A DNA stretch of 64,000 nt from Candidatus Promineifilaceae bacterium (GCA_965223395.1 OZ244996.1:2064876-2128875), one strand, 5' to 3'. Positions 11,908-22,344 are shown, counted from the stretch's first letter. Made by a program: numbers and translations. Notes: generated from the sequence alone by a model not told the origin.

Positions 11908-13323
11908 ATGAATGCGGCGACAAGCGTAGGGGAATTGCTGGCTCATTTAGAGGGAGCGGCGGCGGTTGACGGAGATACCTTAACAGTTTCAAACGAAGCG
12001 GCTCTAATAGACAAAATCGACTTCTTGGTCTATTCTGCCGTTTTTAGCGAGGGGTTAACCCGCGACACAGCGCGGTGGTTGATTTGGGAGTTAGGGCAAG
12101 CGGTTGGGGTGTATCCAGCCTCGATTCATGAACTGTATTTGGCGATAGGCAGAGGCGATTTGCCGGCAAACTTCACTGTGCCGGCAATGAACGTCCGCGC
12201 CATCAATTATGAAATGTCACGAGCGATTTTTAGGGCGGCAATTAAACATCATGTAGGAGCGATGATCTTTGAAATCGCCCGTTCGGAGATGGGTTATACT
12301 GATCAACGACCAGCGGAATATTCTGCCTGTGTCATCGCTGCCGCCCTCAAAGAAGGGTTCCGTGGACCGATTTTTATCCAAGGCGACCATTTTCAACTGT
12401 CTGCTTCTCGCTATGCCCAAGAGGCAAAAGCCGAGTTGCAAGCGGTGAAAGATTTGATCCAGGAGGCGGTAGAAGGGGGCTTTTACAATATTGATATCGA
12501 TACCTCGACATTGGTCGATTTGAGCCACAAAACGTTAGACGCTCAACAGAAGTTAAATTACGCGGAATGCGCCGCCCTGACCAAACATGCTCGCGCTTTA
12601 GAACCTGATGGCATTACCATCTCGCTGGGCGGCGAAATCGGCGAAGTGGGTCACAAAAATTCGACAGTGGAAGAGTTGCGGGCATTTATGGATGGCTATT
12701 TGAACAGTTTGCCTGCCGGCATTGCCGGCATCTCTAAAATATCGGTGCAAACCGGCACCAGTCATGGGGGCGTTGTGATGCCCGATGGCAGTTTGGCGGA
12801 TGTCAATGTGGATTTTGGCACGTTGCAACAATTGGGCAAAGCTGCCCGCGATGAATACCATACCGGCGGAGCGGTACAGCATGGGGCGTCTACCTTACCG
12901 GCAGACGCCTTTAACAACTTCCCATTGGTTGGCACATTGGAAATTCATTTAGCCACCAATTTCCAAAATATCATCTTCGACCACGCTCCGCAAAGCTTTG
13001 TGGACGCCGCCTATAACCATATCAAAACGCATAACGCCCATGAAAAGAAGGAGGGAGAAACCGAAGATCAATTTATTTACAAAACCCGCAAAAAAGGGAT
13101 TGGACCCCTCAAAAAGATGATGTGGGATTTTGCGCCGGCGGAAATGGGGAAGATAAGCGGAATTTTGCAAGAGCAATTTGAATTTTTGTTCAAGCAGCTT
13201 GGCGTCTATAACACCGATGTAATGAGCAGAAATGTCACAACGCCCGTGGCCGTTCATCGCCCTCGCCCGCAAGCAGCAACAGTTGAGGCGGCGCTGGATA
13301 TCGCCGACGATTTAGCGGACTAG
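11908..13323 (+). CDS. Class II (ketose-bisphosphate) aldolase-family TIM-barrel protein, long form
   Basis: Start ATG 11908 after AGGAGA; IFIQGDH and VQHGAST motifs resemble class II FBA metal-binding DH and HGGSG motifs; 471 aa, longer than canonical FbaA. Confidence 0.5.
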   Translation: MNAATSVGELLAHLEGAAAVDGDTLTVSNEAALIDKIDFLVYSAVFSEGLTRDTARWLIWELGQAVGVYPASIHELYLAIGRGDLPANFTVPAMNVRAINYEMSRAIFRAAIKHHVGAMIFEIARSEMGYTDQRPAEYSACVIAAALKEGFRGPIFIQGDHFQLSASRYAQEAKAELQAVKDLIQEAVEGGFYNIDIDTSTLVDLSHKTLDAQQKLNYAECAALTKHARALEPDGITISLGGEIGEVGHKNSTVEELRAFMDGYLNSLPAGIAGISKISVQTGTSHGGVVMPDGSLADVNVDFGTLQQLGKAARDEYHTGGAVQHGASTLPADAFNNFPLVGTLEIHLATNFQNIIFDHAPQSFVDAAYNHIKTHNAHEKKEGETEDQFIYKTRKKGIGPLKKMMWDFAPAEMGKISGILQEQFEFLFKQLGVYNTDVMSRNVTTPVAVHRPRPQAATVEAALDIADDLAD

Positions 13324-13341
13324 GCAAAAAAGTCCTCAACG

Positions 13342-14004
13342 ATGGTTCAGGTAAAAATTTGCGGGCTTACTAATTTGGAAGACGCCATGACGGCGGCAAA
13401 TGCCGGCGCAGATTACTTGGGCTTTATTTTGTGGGATGGCAGCAAAAGGGCGGCGAAAAAACGGACAGTTGCCGGCATTTCCGCTGCCCTCAAAAGCCGT
13501 CCAAAACCGCCCAAATTAATCGGCGTCTTCGTCAACAGCCCCATTGACGAAGTCGCTGCAACGCTTGACCAATGCAACTTGGATTTCGCCCAATTGCATG
13601 GCGATGAACCGCTCTGGCAAATTACAGACCCTGATTCCCCCTTGTTTGGCAAAGCGTTTAAAGCGATTCGACCCACCTCGGCGGCGGAAGCTCACATGGA
13701 AACAGCTCGTTATCTGCCGCTTAAACGTTTGCCCAACCAGCCAGCTTTGCTTATCGACGCCTACCATCCTCAATTGCCAGGCGGCACTGGCGCTAAAACC
13801 GATTGGACAATAGCCCGAACATTGACAAAAGAGAATGCCGGCATCTTCTTGGCGGGCGGTCTCACACCAGAAAATGTCAGCCAGGCGGTTCGCTCCGTTC
13901 AACCCTTCGGCGTCGATGTCGCCAGCGGCGTCGAAACAGCGCCAGGGGAAAAATCACACGAGCTTGTCAAACGGTTCATCTACCATGCCCGTCAAAGCCA
14001 TTAG
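13342..14004 (+). CDS. trpF: Phosphoribosylanthranilate isomerase
   Basis: MVQVKICGLTNLEDAMTAANAGADYLGFIL typical TrpF N-terminus; 220 aa. Confidence 0.85.
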   Translation: MVQVKICGLTNLEDAMTAANAGADYLGFILWDGSKRAAKKRTVAGISAALKSRPKPPKLIGVFVNSPIDEVAATLDQCNLDFAQLHGDEPLWQITDPDSPLFGKAFKAIRPTSAAEAHMETARYLPLKRLPNQPALLIDAYHPQLPGGTGAKTDWTIARTLTKENAGIFLAGGLTPENVSQAVRSVQPFGVDVASGVETAPGEKSHELVKRFIYHARQSH

Positions 14005-15535
14005 GCGCCAAACGCCACTCATATCCCAACGAATTTCTTGGACAAACCAATGGAAGATAATCGCTATATTGGGGCTGGCATTTTGGTTACGAGTAAAAGG
14101 ATTGGGAGCTCGTTCATTATGGTTTGACGAATCGATTGAATATTGGATGGCGGCAATACCCATTCGACAAATTCCAGCCACGATTGCCGCATCTACGCAC
14201 GATCCCCCACTTTATTCAATTCTGCTCCATTTTTGGCTAAGAGGCGGATTGACCGAATTTTGGCTGCGTTTTCCATCTATGATAACCAGTTTATTAAGTG
14301 TGGTCTTTATTTACATATATGGAAAGATGGTCGGCGGTAAAACAGTTGGCGCGATATCAGCGTTTTTGTTGGCGCTTAATGTCGCTGATATTCGTTATGC
14401 CCAAGAGGCAGGACAATATGCTTTTTTGGTTCTATCCTCAATATTAACATTGATATTCTTGCAAAAGGCTATCCACAACAATGAATGGAAATGGTGGGGT
14501 TTGTGGGGAAGCATAACCGCTTTGTCGCTCAATTTTCATTATGGTTCATTTGTTTTTGCCGGCATTCTCTCGAGTTTGTCTCTTTTGTGGCTCTTTTGGC
14601 GGAAAAAGCGGCAAACCTATACAAGAATGATCATAACGACCATGTTGGTCGCAATATTATCGGCGCCATTGCTTTTTTGGATTGTACCTCGCCAATTTAA
14701 CCGATTAGGAGTAACGGAGCCATTGGTTTTTTCCTGGCTAGAGCTTCTCAACGGAACATGGCAAATCATGATTTTCCAATGGGTTGGCAATCGGGGTTTT
14801 TGGGACGTCATTTGGGAAGCCGTTCCTTTGTGGTTTTATGGTCTGCCGCTGATAGCGCCATTCTGTTTAGCGTTTAGCAAAACCCGTTCTCTTTTTTCCC
14901 CGCCAATTCTATTAATTTTGTCCCTCCTTGGATATTATCTGATCAGCCGGACAGGCGGATATTTCTTTTCGCCAAGCAGACATTCTTTATTTCTTGCGCC
15001 GCTTTTGATGGTTTCATTAGGCATAGGAATCCACATCTTAATGACATGGCGAAATTTAGCGGGATTCATAACTATCGGATCGATTGCCATTATCGCTTTG
15101 GCAATGCCTTTGGAAAGAGGAGAAGATTTAAAAAGCGTCACCCATCGGTGGCAATTAGAAAAGAGAAGCGACGATACAACGTTTGTCTATTATGGGGCTG
15201 CGCCAGGCTTTAGCTATCAACTTGATGTAGCTAAAGGGGCGATTTCTCAATTGCCAACAAGCTGGTTTGGGAGCTGTTACGCTCAAGAGCAAATACCCGC
15301 TTGTGGTTCAGAACAAATTTATTATGGTTCATGGAGCCGGCACGTGCCGGCAGAAGAACAACGCGCCAGGATAGACGCCCAAATCAACCCTTTGCCACAA
15401 CGTTTATGGCTCATATTTTCACATACCGTTTTAGCTGATCAAACGGCAATATTAGATGGGCTGGCGCCAGATTATGAGAAAACTCAGGAATTTTCTTACG
15501 ACAATGCTTCTCTAATCTTGATGGAGCAGAGATAG
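13985..15535 (+). CDS. GT-C fold membrane glycosyltransferase (GT39/ArnT/PMT-like)
   Basis: Start at ATG 13985 (overlaps trpF end by 20 nt); many TM helices; WFDESIEYW DE-motif in first extracytoplasmic loop typical of GT39/GT83. Confidence 0.6.
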   Translation: MPVKAIRRQTPLISQRISWTNQWKIIAILGLAFWLRVKGLGARSLWFDESIEYWMAAIPIRQIPATIAASTHDPPLYSILLHFWLRGGLTEFWLRFPSMITSLLSVVFIYIYGKMVGGKTVGAISAFLLALNVADIRYAQEAGQYAFLVLSSILTLIFLQKAIHNNEWKWWGLWGSITALSLNFHYGSFVFAGILSSLSLLWLFWRKKRQTYTRMIITTMLVAILSAPLLFWIVPRQFNRLGVTEPLVFSWLELLNGTWQIMIFQWVGNRGFWDVIWEAVPLWFYGLPLIAPFCLAFSKTRSLFSPPILLILSLLGYYLISRTGGYFFSPSRHSLFLAPLLMVSLGIGIHILMTWRNLAGFITIGSIAIIALAMPLERGEDLKSVTHRWQLEKRSDDTTFVYYGAAPGFSYQLDVAKGAISQLPTSWFGSCYAQEQIPACGSEQIYYGSWSRHVPAEEQRARIDAQINPLPQRLWLIFSHTVLADQTAILDGLAPDYEKTQEFSYDNASLILMEQR

Positions 15536-18274
15536 ATGCCTCTTCCAACCTGGCTGCCGGCATTAACGCTAGGGCTTTTTGCCGGTAGGGTGGCTAGCGA
15601 ACGGCTAAAATTGCCGCTTTGGCTTGGCGCCTTACTCACGCTGGGATTTTGCGCTGGGGCGGTCTGGTTATGGCAGCGGGAATTGTGGGGGCGAGGAGCG
15701 CCTTTGTTGTGGTTGTGGCTTTATTTGCCTTATCCCGATCAATCTCCCAAGCTGGCGTTGGCGGCGGCTGGATGCGCTTTTGTCGCCCTGTTCTTACATT
15801 ATTTTGCCCCTCGCCTCCGATTTTCTCCCCAAATTATGGCTGCCGGCATCTTTTTGGCGTTCGCTGGATTGTACATCGCCACCCTTTCGCCAAACATCAT
15901 GCCGGCAGACAATGGCGAATTTCAACTGGCGGCGGCAAAATGGGGGGTAGCCCATCCGCCCGGTTTTCCGCTGTACACAATACTTGCCGCCACTTTCGCC
16001 CATCTGCCCTTGCCGGGCGAAACCATTTTTCGCATCAATCTGTTTGCCGCCCTCACCAGCGCCGCTGCCCTAACTGTTTTGTATGCCGCCGTTTGGCAAA
16101 AGACCCGCCGCCACCTTGCCGGCATCTTGGCAGCCGTAGCGCTTGGCGGGTCTAGCGCTTTTTGGACACAAGCCAGATTTGCCAATATTCGGGGCATGAC
16201 AACCTTATTTGCCGGCTTAAGTTTGTTGGCTTTTTGTTGGCTTCTGGCGCGCCCAGAAAAACCCGGAAAGCCCTTATTTGGACTCATATTGTCGCTCAGT
16301 TTAGGGGTGTTTCATCATCCGTCATTGGCGTTTATGGGGGCAATTTGGGGAGCGATTGGGCTTTGGGCAGGGCGAAATTGGCTGAAACGCCCTCGAAATT
16401 GGGGGTGGCTGCTGCTTGCCGGCATTTTGGGGTTTGCCCTAACGCTCTATTTGCCGCTGCGTGGCGCGGCTGGGGCATGGGGGGCGCCAGCCAATTTAGC
16501 TAGTTGGAACGGCTTCTGGAACCATCTTCTTGCGCGCGGATTTGCCGGCGACTTCTTCTATTTCACCAAACCTGCTCTCTTCGGGCAGCGGCTGTTGGTG
16601 ATGGGCAACATTTTGTCGTTGCAATTTAACGGCTGGCTATTGGCGGGAGCGGCATTAGGAGGGCTGTCGTTACTCCGAAAAAATCGCTTGCTCGCTATTG
16701 GAACAGGTTTGGGTTTTGCCGTTCATCTTGCTGTTACCGCCATCTATCGCGCCCCACAAAGCATAGAATATATGATGCCGGCATATCTTATTCTCGCCTT
16801 TTGGCTGGGAAGCGCGGTCACGCTCAATTGGAGTTTGTTCGATTTTAAATTAGCCAAAATATTGGCGCCGATTTTGCTCATTGCCGGCATTTTCCAGGCG
16901 GCGTCAAATGCCCAAAACTTTCTCCATTATCAAAATGATACCAGCCAAATCAGCCGAGATTGGCTAGAAAACGCCCCGCCAGACGCCGTCATTTTAGCCA
17001 ATTGGCATTGGGCAACCCCTTTGTGGGCATGGCAGCAAATCGAGGGGTTGCGACCTGATGTGCAGGTTGAATATGTGCCCCCTAGCGGCATCCCTTATGC
17101 TGAAAGTTGGGCGCAAACGATCAGCCAGGCTCTTGCCACGGATCGGGATGTGATAGCCACCAACCATTATCGGGAAGCGTATGGCGAATTGCCGGCATTC
17201 GAACCATTTGGCGAAGCGCTTCTATTCCGGCAAACTCCTCGCCAAGCGATGCCGGCAGGTTTTGTGCCGCTCGAAATCGAATTGCCGGATGGCGGGCGGC
17301 TGCTTGGCTATGACCCATTGCCGGCAACTGCCGCTCTGACAGATGAACTCATCATAACGGTAGCATGGCAGCCCAAGACGACAGAACCGACCCCCATTTT
17401 TGCCCATTTGGTAGATGAAACTGGGAAATTGGCTGGGCAATTTGATACGACAATAACCCTGCCTGAAGCTGGCGTTGCCCTAATGAGGTTGCCTGTAACG
17501 CCCACATTTGGCAGCCAACCTGGGCTCTATCAACTCCTGATCGGTATCGGCCAGAATCCGCGCATGCCCCTGGCAACCATCAAGTTAACGTCCGCCAATC
17601 AACCGATGTTCAGCCAAAATCCCCTCTACCGTCCCGTTCCCAGCGGCGGAGCAGAATTGACGCTAATCGGATATGATTGGGATAAAACGCTGTCCGATCA
17701 ATTGCCGCGATTGTATCTGCACTGGCGGGTTGATAACGGGTATCGAACTGAGCTTTTTAGCTCGGAATCCTATCCAGATTTAAGCGGATTTCGCTGTTTC
17801 CGCGCCTGGAACGCCTTGTTGCCTTGTCCAATTCCCGAGCCGAAAGAAGCGCATTACATCCCCTTCGGGCAAGGCATTGTGTGGACTGGATTTGGCTGGA
17901 GAGGAAACGGCGCCATCGTTCCTGGCACCCAGTGGACTCTGCCGTTAACCTTTGGCTCCAGTAAACCATTGTTCCGCGATTATGTGGTTTCCGCCCGCCT
18001 GGTGGGGTACGAGGCGGATGATTTTCATTGGGCTTGGTGGGATTTAATTGATGGCGTGCCGGCATTAGGCGGAATTCCCACCTTGAAATGGATGATAGGC
18101 TCACAAATTTACGATCCGCATCGCTTTAATGCGCCATCTGCCGCTCAACCTGGCGGGGATGCAGAAGTTCTGCTTATGCTTTACGACGCTTTTTCTGAGG
18201 AGCGGCTGCCCGTTTTGGATGATCGAATCGAAACGATTTGGGCTCCTCTAGGCAAAAGAATCATAGAGAAATAG
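15536..18274 (+). CDS. DUF2723 (TMEM260-like) GT-C membrane protein with large C-terminal extracytoplasmic domain
   Basis: 912 aa; N-terminal multi-TM with ADNGEFQLAAAKWGVAHPPGFPLYTIL signature of DUF2723; ATG overlaps upstream stop (TAGATG) indicating translational coupling. Confidence 0.6.
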   Translation: MPLPTWLPALTLGLFAGRVASERLKLPLWLGALLTLGFCAGAVWLWQRELWGRGAPLLWLWLYLPYPDQSPKLALAAAGCAFVALFLHYFAPRLRFSPQIMAAGIFLAFAGLYIATLSPNIMPADNGEFQLAAAKWGVAHPPGFPLYTILAATFAHLPLPGETIFRINLFAALTSAAALTVLYAAVWQKTRRHLAGILAAVALGGSSAFWTQARFANIRGMTTLFAGLSLLAFCWLLARPEKPGKPLFGLILSLSLGVFHHPSLAFMGAIWGAIGLWAGRNWLKRPRNWGWLLLAGILGFALTLYLPLRGAAGAWGAPANLASWNGFWNHLLARGFAGDFFYFTKPALFGQRLLVMGNILSLQFNGWLLAGAALGGLSLLRKNRLLAIGTGLGFAVHLAVTAIYRAPQSIEYMMPAYLILAFWLGSAVTLNWSLFDFKLAKILAPILLIAGIFQAASNAQNFLHYQNDTSQISRDWLENAPPDAVILANWHWATPLWAWQQIEGLRPDVQVEYVPPSGIPYAESWAQTISQALATDRDVIATNHYREAYGELPAFEPFGEALLFRQTPRQAMPAGFVPLEIELPDGGRLLGYDPLPATAALTDELIITVAWQPKTTEPTPIFAHLVDETGKLAGQFDTTITLPEAGVALMRLPVTPTFGSQPGLYQLLIGIGQNPRMPLATIKLTSANQPMFSQNPLYRPVPSGGAELTLIGYDWDKTLSDQLPRLYLHWRVDNGYRTELFSSESYPDLSGFRCFRAWNALLPCPIPEPKEAHYIPFGQGIVWTGFGWRGNGAIVPGTQWTLPLTFGSSKPLFRDYVVSARLVGYEADDFHWAWWDLIDGVPALGGIPTLKWMIGSQIYDPHRFNAPSAAQPGGDAEVLLMLYDAFSEERLPVLDDRIETIWAPLGKRIIEK

Positions 18275-18480
18275 TTGGCTAAATTCCCAATTAGAACCAC
18301 GTTTTGGGCTTGACGAGGGATGCCAGAACAGCGTAAAATAAGAGCCACGGTTAGCTGTTGGGAGGGTTTGGAGACAACCGGAATATGTATTGTAATTGAG
18401 TAGAAAAACAAATTTAAATCGCCCCCAAAAATCATCATTTTCCCCCGGTGGTTTGGGACGTTTTTTACAGGAACGCCTCC

Positions 18481-19611
18481 ATGAGATCGAAGCTTTTTAC
18501 GAATATCGCCTGGTTTGTTATGGCGCTGATATTGCCGGCATTAGCTTGCGCCCAAACTGAAAGTGGGGTTCCGCCCACCCCCCAACCTTCCTCCGAGCAG
18601 TCAGTGCAAGCGGCGATAGCCACCATCAACGCTGCCCGAACCGCCCCAAACAACAATTTAATAGAAGCTAGTCCAGCCCTGCAAGGCTCGTTGGTAACGA
18701 TTTACCAAAACGCCAACCCGGGCGTGGTGCATGTCGTCACTACATTTGGCAGCGGCAGCGGCTTTGTGTATGACGAAATAGGGCACATCGTCACCAACAA
18801 TCATGTGATCGAAGGCGACACTGCATTTGAACTGGTGTTTAGCAATGGAGAGCGACGCGAGGCGCAATTAGTCGGAGCTGACTCCGCCGCCGATTTGGCG
18901 ACGTTATTGGTTTCAGATGGATTGCCGGTAGGGGTTAAACCGCTGCCTTTAAGCGATTCCAACCAGATTCACGTCGGACAAGTGGTGGCGGCGATTGGCA
19001 GCCCCTTTGGGGCCACCGGCTCCATGTCGATGGGGATCGTAAGCGGCTTAGGACGGCTGCTTAACGCCTCGAATACCCCGTACTCCCTGCCAGAAGTGAT
19101 CCAAACGGACGCCCCGATCAACCCCGGCAATTCTGGCGGACCGTTGCTCAACATGGATGGGCATGTGATTGGAGTCAACTCAGCAATACGCAGTCAAACC
19201 GGCGTTAATTCCGGGGTAGGATTCGCTATACCGGTCAATGCAGTCCGCCGAATTGTGCCATCTTTAATCGCCAAAGGCAGCTACGATTACCCATATTTGG
19301 GGGTGCAGGTCAACGGCGCTCCTATTACGCTCGATTTACAAGAGGATTTAGGCTTGCCCCAAACTTCCGGAGCTTACATCCAAGAGGTGATTGCCGGCAG
19401 CCCCGCAGACGATGCCGGTTTAATTGGGCAGCGCGGACCAGGCGGCGACCTGATCGTGGCTATCGACGAACAGACTGTGATTGAGTTCAACGACTTGTTA
19501 GGCTATCTCGTGTTTGAGACAGAGGTTGGGCAGCAGGTGCAACTGACCGTCGTTCGAGATGGCGAAGAGCGTCTCATACCGGTGACTTTAGGCGCTAGAC
19601 CAAGCCAATAG
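18481..19611 (+). CDS. HtrA/DegP-family trypsin-like serine protease with PDZ domain
   Basis: Signal peptide; catalytic motifs VTNNHV (His), GNSGGPL (Ser), C-terminal PDZ. Confidence 0.85.
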   Translation: MRSKLFTNIAWFVMALILPALACAQTESGVPPTPQPSSEQSVQAAIATINAARTAPNNNLIEASPALQGSLVTIYQNANPGVVHVVTTFGSGSGFVYDEIGHIVTNNHVIEGDTAFELVFSNGERREAQLVGADSAADLATLLVSDGLPVGVKPLPLSDSNQIHVGQVVAAIGSPFGATGSMSMGIVSGLGRLLNASNTPYSLPEVIQTDAPINPGNSGGPLLNMDGHVIGVNSAIRSQTGVNSGVGFAIPVNAVRRIVPSLIAKGSYDYPYLGVQVNGAPITLDLQEDLGLPQTSGAYIQEVIAGSPADDAGLIGQRGPGGDLIVAIDEQTVIEFNDLLGYLVFETEVGQQVQLTVVRDGEERLIPVTLGARPSQ

Positions 19612-19691
19612 GAGGCGAGTGATAAGCAAAATAGCCCAAAATATATGAAAAAGATTGTTGGTAAACCTTTTTTAACAAACGGAGGCTTTCG

Positions 19692-20792
19692 ATGTTAACT
19701 ATTCAGGAACTACAACGTATATCCGCTTTTGAAGCGCCAGCGGGAAGCCAAGTGATCTCACTTTATTTGGGAGTTGACCTAGCCCAGCAAAGCAAAGACG
19801 CAATCAAATTAACAGCCAGAGCGCTGTTGAAGGAAGCGGAAGAAAAGCTGCCCGGATCAAGCGCGGGTATCGACCATTTTTTGAATGCCGAACATGATTG
19901 GCAAAAAGCTGGTTTGGCTTTGTTTTCGTGTCCTGAAGCCTCTTTTTTCAAAACCTTTGCGGTGCAAACCCCATTTCGAAATCGCATTCGCATCGGCGAC
20001 AAACCTTATATCAAGCCGCTGGCGCATTTGGTTGAATATTACGCCAACTATGGAGCGATTTTAGTGGATAAGGTTGGGGCTAAATTTTTCCATTTTCATC
20101 TAGGCGAATTGGTGGAGAATGCCGGCACAATGGGGGAAGAAGTTCGCAAAATAAAAACCGGGCAAGGCTCTTCTACAACTGGGATGCGAGGCGGACAGGG
20201 CAGCAACGACCATGATGAAGATGTAGCCCGAAATTTGCGCCAGGCTGCCCACAACTCCGCCACATTTTTTGCCAAGCGGAAAATTCGCCGCCTCTTTTTG
20301 GGCGGCTCAAACGATACGGTAGCCCATTTTCGTCAATACCTGCCCAAACAGATGCAAGCCCAAATCGCCGGCGTTTTTCCATCTAGCATGGATGTTGGCG
20401 AACACGAGGTACGCGCCACAACGTTACGCCTTTTAGGCGAAGCCAATACCCATCGGGAAACCCAACTAGTAGACGAACTTATCGATAAGGCGGCAAAAGG
20501 AGGCAGTGGCGTGGTCGGCATCTCCAGAACATTGCACGCCATCAACGAAGGTCGGGTACAAACGTTGATTTTGGCAGATGGCTTTCGCCTTCCCGGCTAT
20601 CAAGATAGCGCCACTGGCAGCTTGACCTATGAAGGAGACGGTCATTTTGACGACGAATCGTGGCAGCCAGTTGGCGATGTGGTCGATAGAGCTGTCGAAC
20701 GCACCCTCGCCTATGGAGGGCATGTAGAAGTGGTCAGCGACAATCCATATTTGGAACGAGAAGGGAAGATCGGGGCATTGCTTCGTTATTGA
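19692..20792 (+). CDS. Bacterial eRF1-like (baeRF) release-factor-fold protein with GGQ motif
   Basis: 366 aa; central MRGGQGS (GGQ peptidyl-tRNA hydrolysis motif) and C-terminal eRF1 domain-3-like region GVVGISRTLHAINEGRVQTLIL. Confidence 0.55.
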   Translation: MLTIQELQRISAFEAPAGSQVISLYLGVDLAQQSKDAIKLTARALLKEAEEKLPGSSAGIDHFLNAEHDWQKAGLALFSCPEASFFKTFAVQTPFRNRIRIGDKPYIKPLAHLVEYYANYGAILVDKVGAKFFHFHLGELVENAGTMGEEVRKIKTGQGSSTTGMRGGQGSNDHDEDVARNLRQAAHNSATFFAKRKIRRLFLGGSNDTVAHFRQYLPKQMQAQIAGVFPSSMDVGEHEVRATTLRLLGEANTHRETQLVDELIDKAAKGGSGVVGISRTLHAINEGRVQTLILADGFRLPGYQDSATGSLTYEGDGHFDDESWQPVGDVVDRAVERTLAYGGHVEVVSDNPYLEREGKIGALLRY

Positions 20793-20882
20793 CCCCCTCT
20801 CGTCTTAATCGGGAAAAAAATGGCTGCCAATTATCATTGACCATAATCTGAAGAAGTTTTGAAACTAGAAGTGAGACGATTA

Positions 20883-22250
20883 ATGGGGATAATTGGCAGC
20901 GCCAGATGGCGACAGAGATGGGGAAGCTGGGGGAAATGGTTGTTGCCGGCATTTTTTAGCCTAAGTTTGCTCATGGGGTTAGGCGGCTGCGCAGCTTTAA
21001 GAGGCGGTAATGAGAATGGCGCTGCTTCCCCAACAACCGTACCTATTCCTATCGATACCCCCGATTTTCCGCTGCCAGAGCGTACCATCCCGCCTATTTT
21101 GCCCGATGCCAACCCCGCGCTCCTAACAGTTTGGCTCACCCTAGAAAATTCGCCCGCCGCTGGAGCGGGTCGCGGCGCGGAATTGGCAGCCCAAATCGAA
21201 GCGTTTGACGTCAACAATGCCGGCATCGAAATCATCATTGCCGAAAAAGCTTTGACGGGGCAAGGAGGCATTTTAAGCTATTTACGCACTGGTCGAGATG
21301 TTGCCCCGCAAGCGTTGCCGGATCTGATCTTGCTGCCGGCAAATCAATTGCCAGCCGCTTTTGACGAAAGGTTGATTTTTCCTTTAACTCAAATAGACGA
21401 ACTAGATTTTGAGCCAGATTTGTTCCCTGTCGCAGCTCAGATGGCGCGGGTAAACGGCGAATTAGCCGGCTTGCCCTATTTTCTGAATGGCATGCCCCAT
21501 TTGGCGTATGATAGCGGGGTTTTTACCAGCACAACGCCGGCAACTTGGTCGGACTTAGAGATGAGCGGGGCGCAAATGGCAGTGCCTGCCAATGGCCGCG
21601 ACGGGGCAGATTTGTTGCTGCTATTTTATCTAAGCTTAGGCGGCTCGCTTCAGGACGAAACAGGGGCGACGCGCATTCAGCCCGCCATATTGCGTGAAGC
21701 GTTGGCTCTGTTTCGGCAGGGGCATGAGCAAGGATGGATTTTGCCGGAAAGCGGGAATTTAAGCTCCTACCAGGAAGCGTGGGCGATGTTCGCTCAGGGA
21801 AATGCCGGCATCGTACCTGTTTCTGCCGACCAATTTATACAGGAAAGAGCCAACGGGCATAGCGCTGATTTTTTGCCCTTGCTAGGGCAAAACGCCTCTG
21901 TACCTACCTGGGCGGATGGCTGGGTTTGGGCGGCAACCTCCACCAATCCAACCCAACAACGCATCGTGGGAGAGTTGTTGTCTTGGTTGACAAATCCAGA
22001 AAATTTGGGGACATTAAGCGCCAACCATTTGACGCTGCCCGCCCGACGCAGCGCTTTCGCTTATTGGTCGCCCAACGACCCATACGTTGATTTTTTGCAA
22101 AACGAACTTGAAAAAGCCCAAATGATTCCGCCCGATGCCGGCAACGCTGTCCGAAGCGCTTTTCAGGAAGCTTTTTCCCAGGTCATCTCTGGATCGCAAT
22201 CGGCTGAAGACGCGGCGCAACGGGTAGCAGATTTGATCAACGCCAATTGA
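20883..22250 (+). CDS. Extracellular solute-binding lipoprotein (SBP family 1-like), orphan
   Basis: Signal/lipobox LLMGLGGCAA; SBP-like architecture; start could alternatively be TTG 20859; no adjacent permease genes. Confidence 0.55.
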   Translation: MGIIGSARWRQRWGSWGKWLLPAFFSLSLLMGLGGCAALRGGNENGAASPTTVPIPIDTPDFPLPERTIPPILPDANPALLTVWLTLENSPAAGAGRGAELAAQIEAFDVNNAGIEIIIAEKALTGQGGILSYLRTGRDVAPQALPDLILLPANQLPAAFDERLIFPLTQIDELDFEPDLFPVAAQMARVNGELAGLPYFLNGMPHLAYDSGVFTSTTPATWSDLEMSGAQMAVPANGRDGADLLLLFYLSLGGSLQDETGATRIQPAILREALALFRQGHEQGWILPESGNLSSYQEAWAMFAQGNAGIVPVSADQFIQERANGHSADFLPLLGQNASVPTWADGWVWAATSTNPTQQRIVGELLSWLTNPENLGTLSANHLTLPARRSAFAYWSPNDPYVDFLQNELEKAQMIPPDAGNAVRSAFQEAFSQVISGSQSAEDAAQRVADLINAN

Positions 22251-22344
22251 TATGCCGGCAGCCGATTATTAAGCCAAAGGGTGGCAATTGACGCCTCTTG
22301 TGAGAAAATAACCGCGTCAAGTTTGTAAAATAGTGCGAGAGGTT

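Noticed and set aside
13835-13984. Upstream extension of the GT39-like ORF overlapping trpF
   Set aside because: Lies wholly inside trpF in another frame; the ATG at 13985 gives the expected N-terminal TM topology.
15619-16503. Several 100-180-aa ORFs on both strands inside the DUF2723 gene
   Set aside because: GC-rich frame shadows without motifs; fully nested in a long gene with clear family signature.
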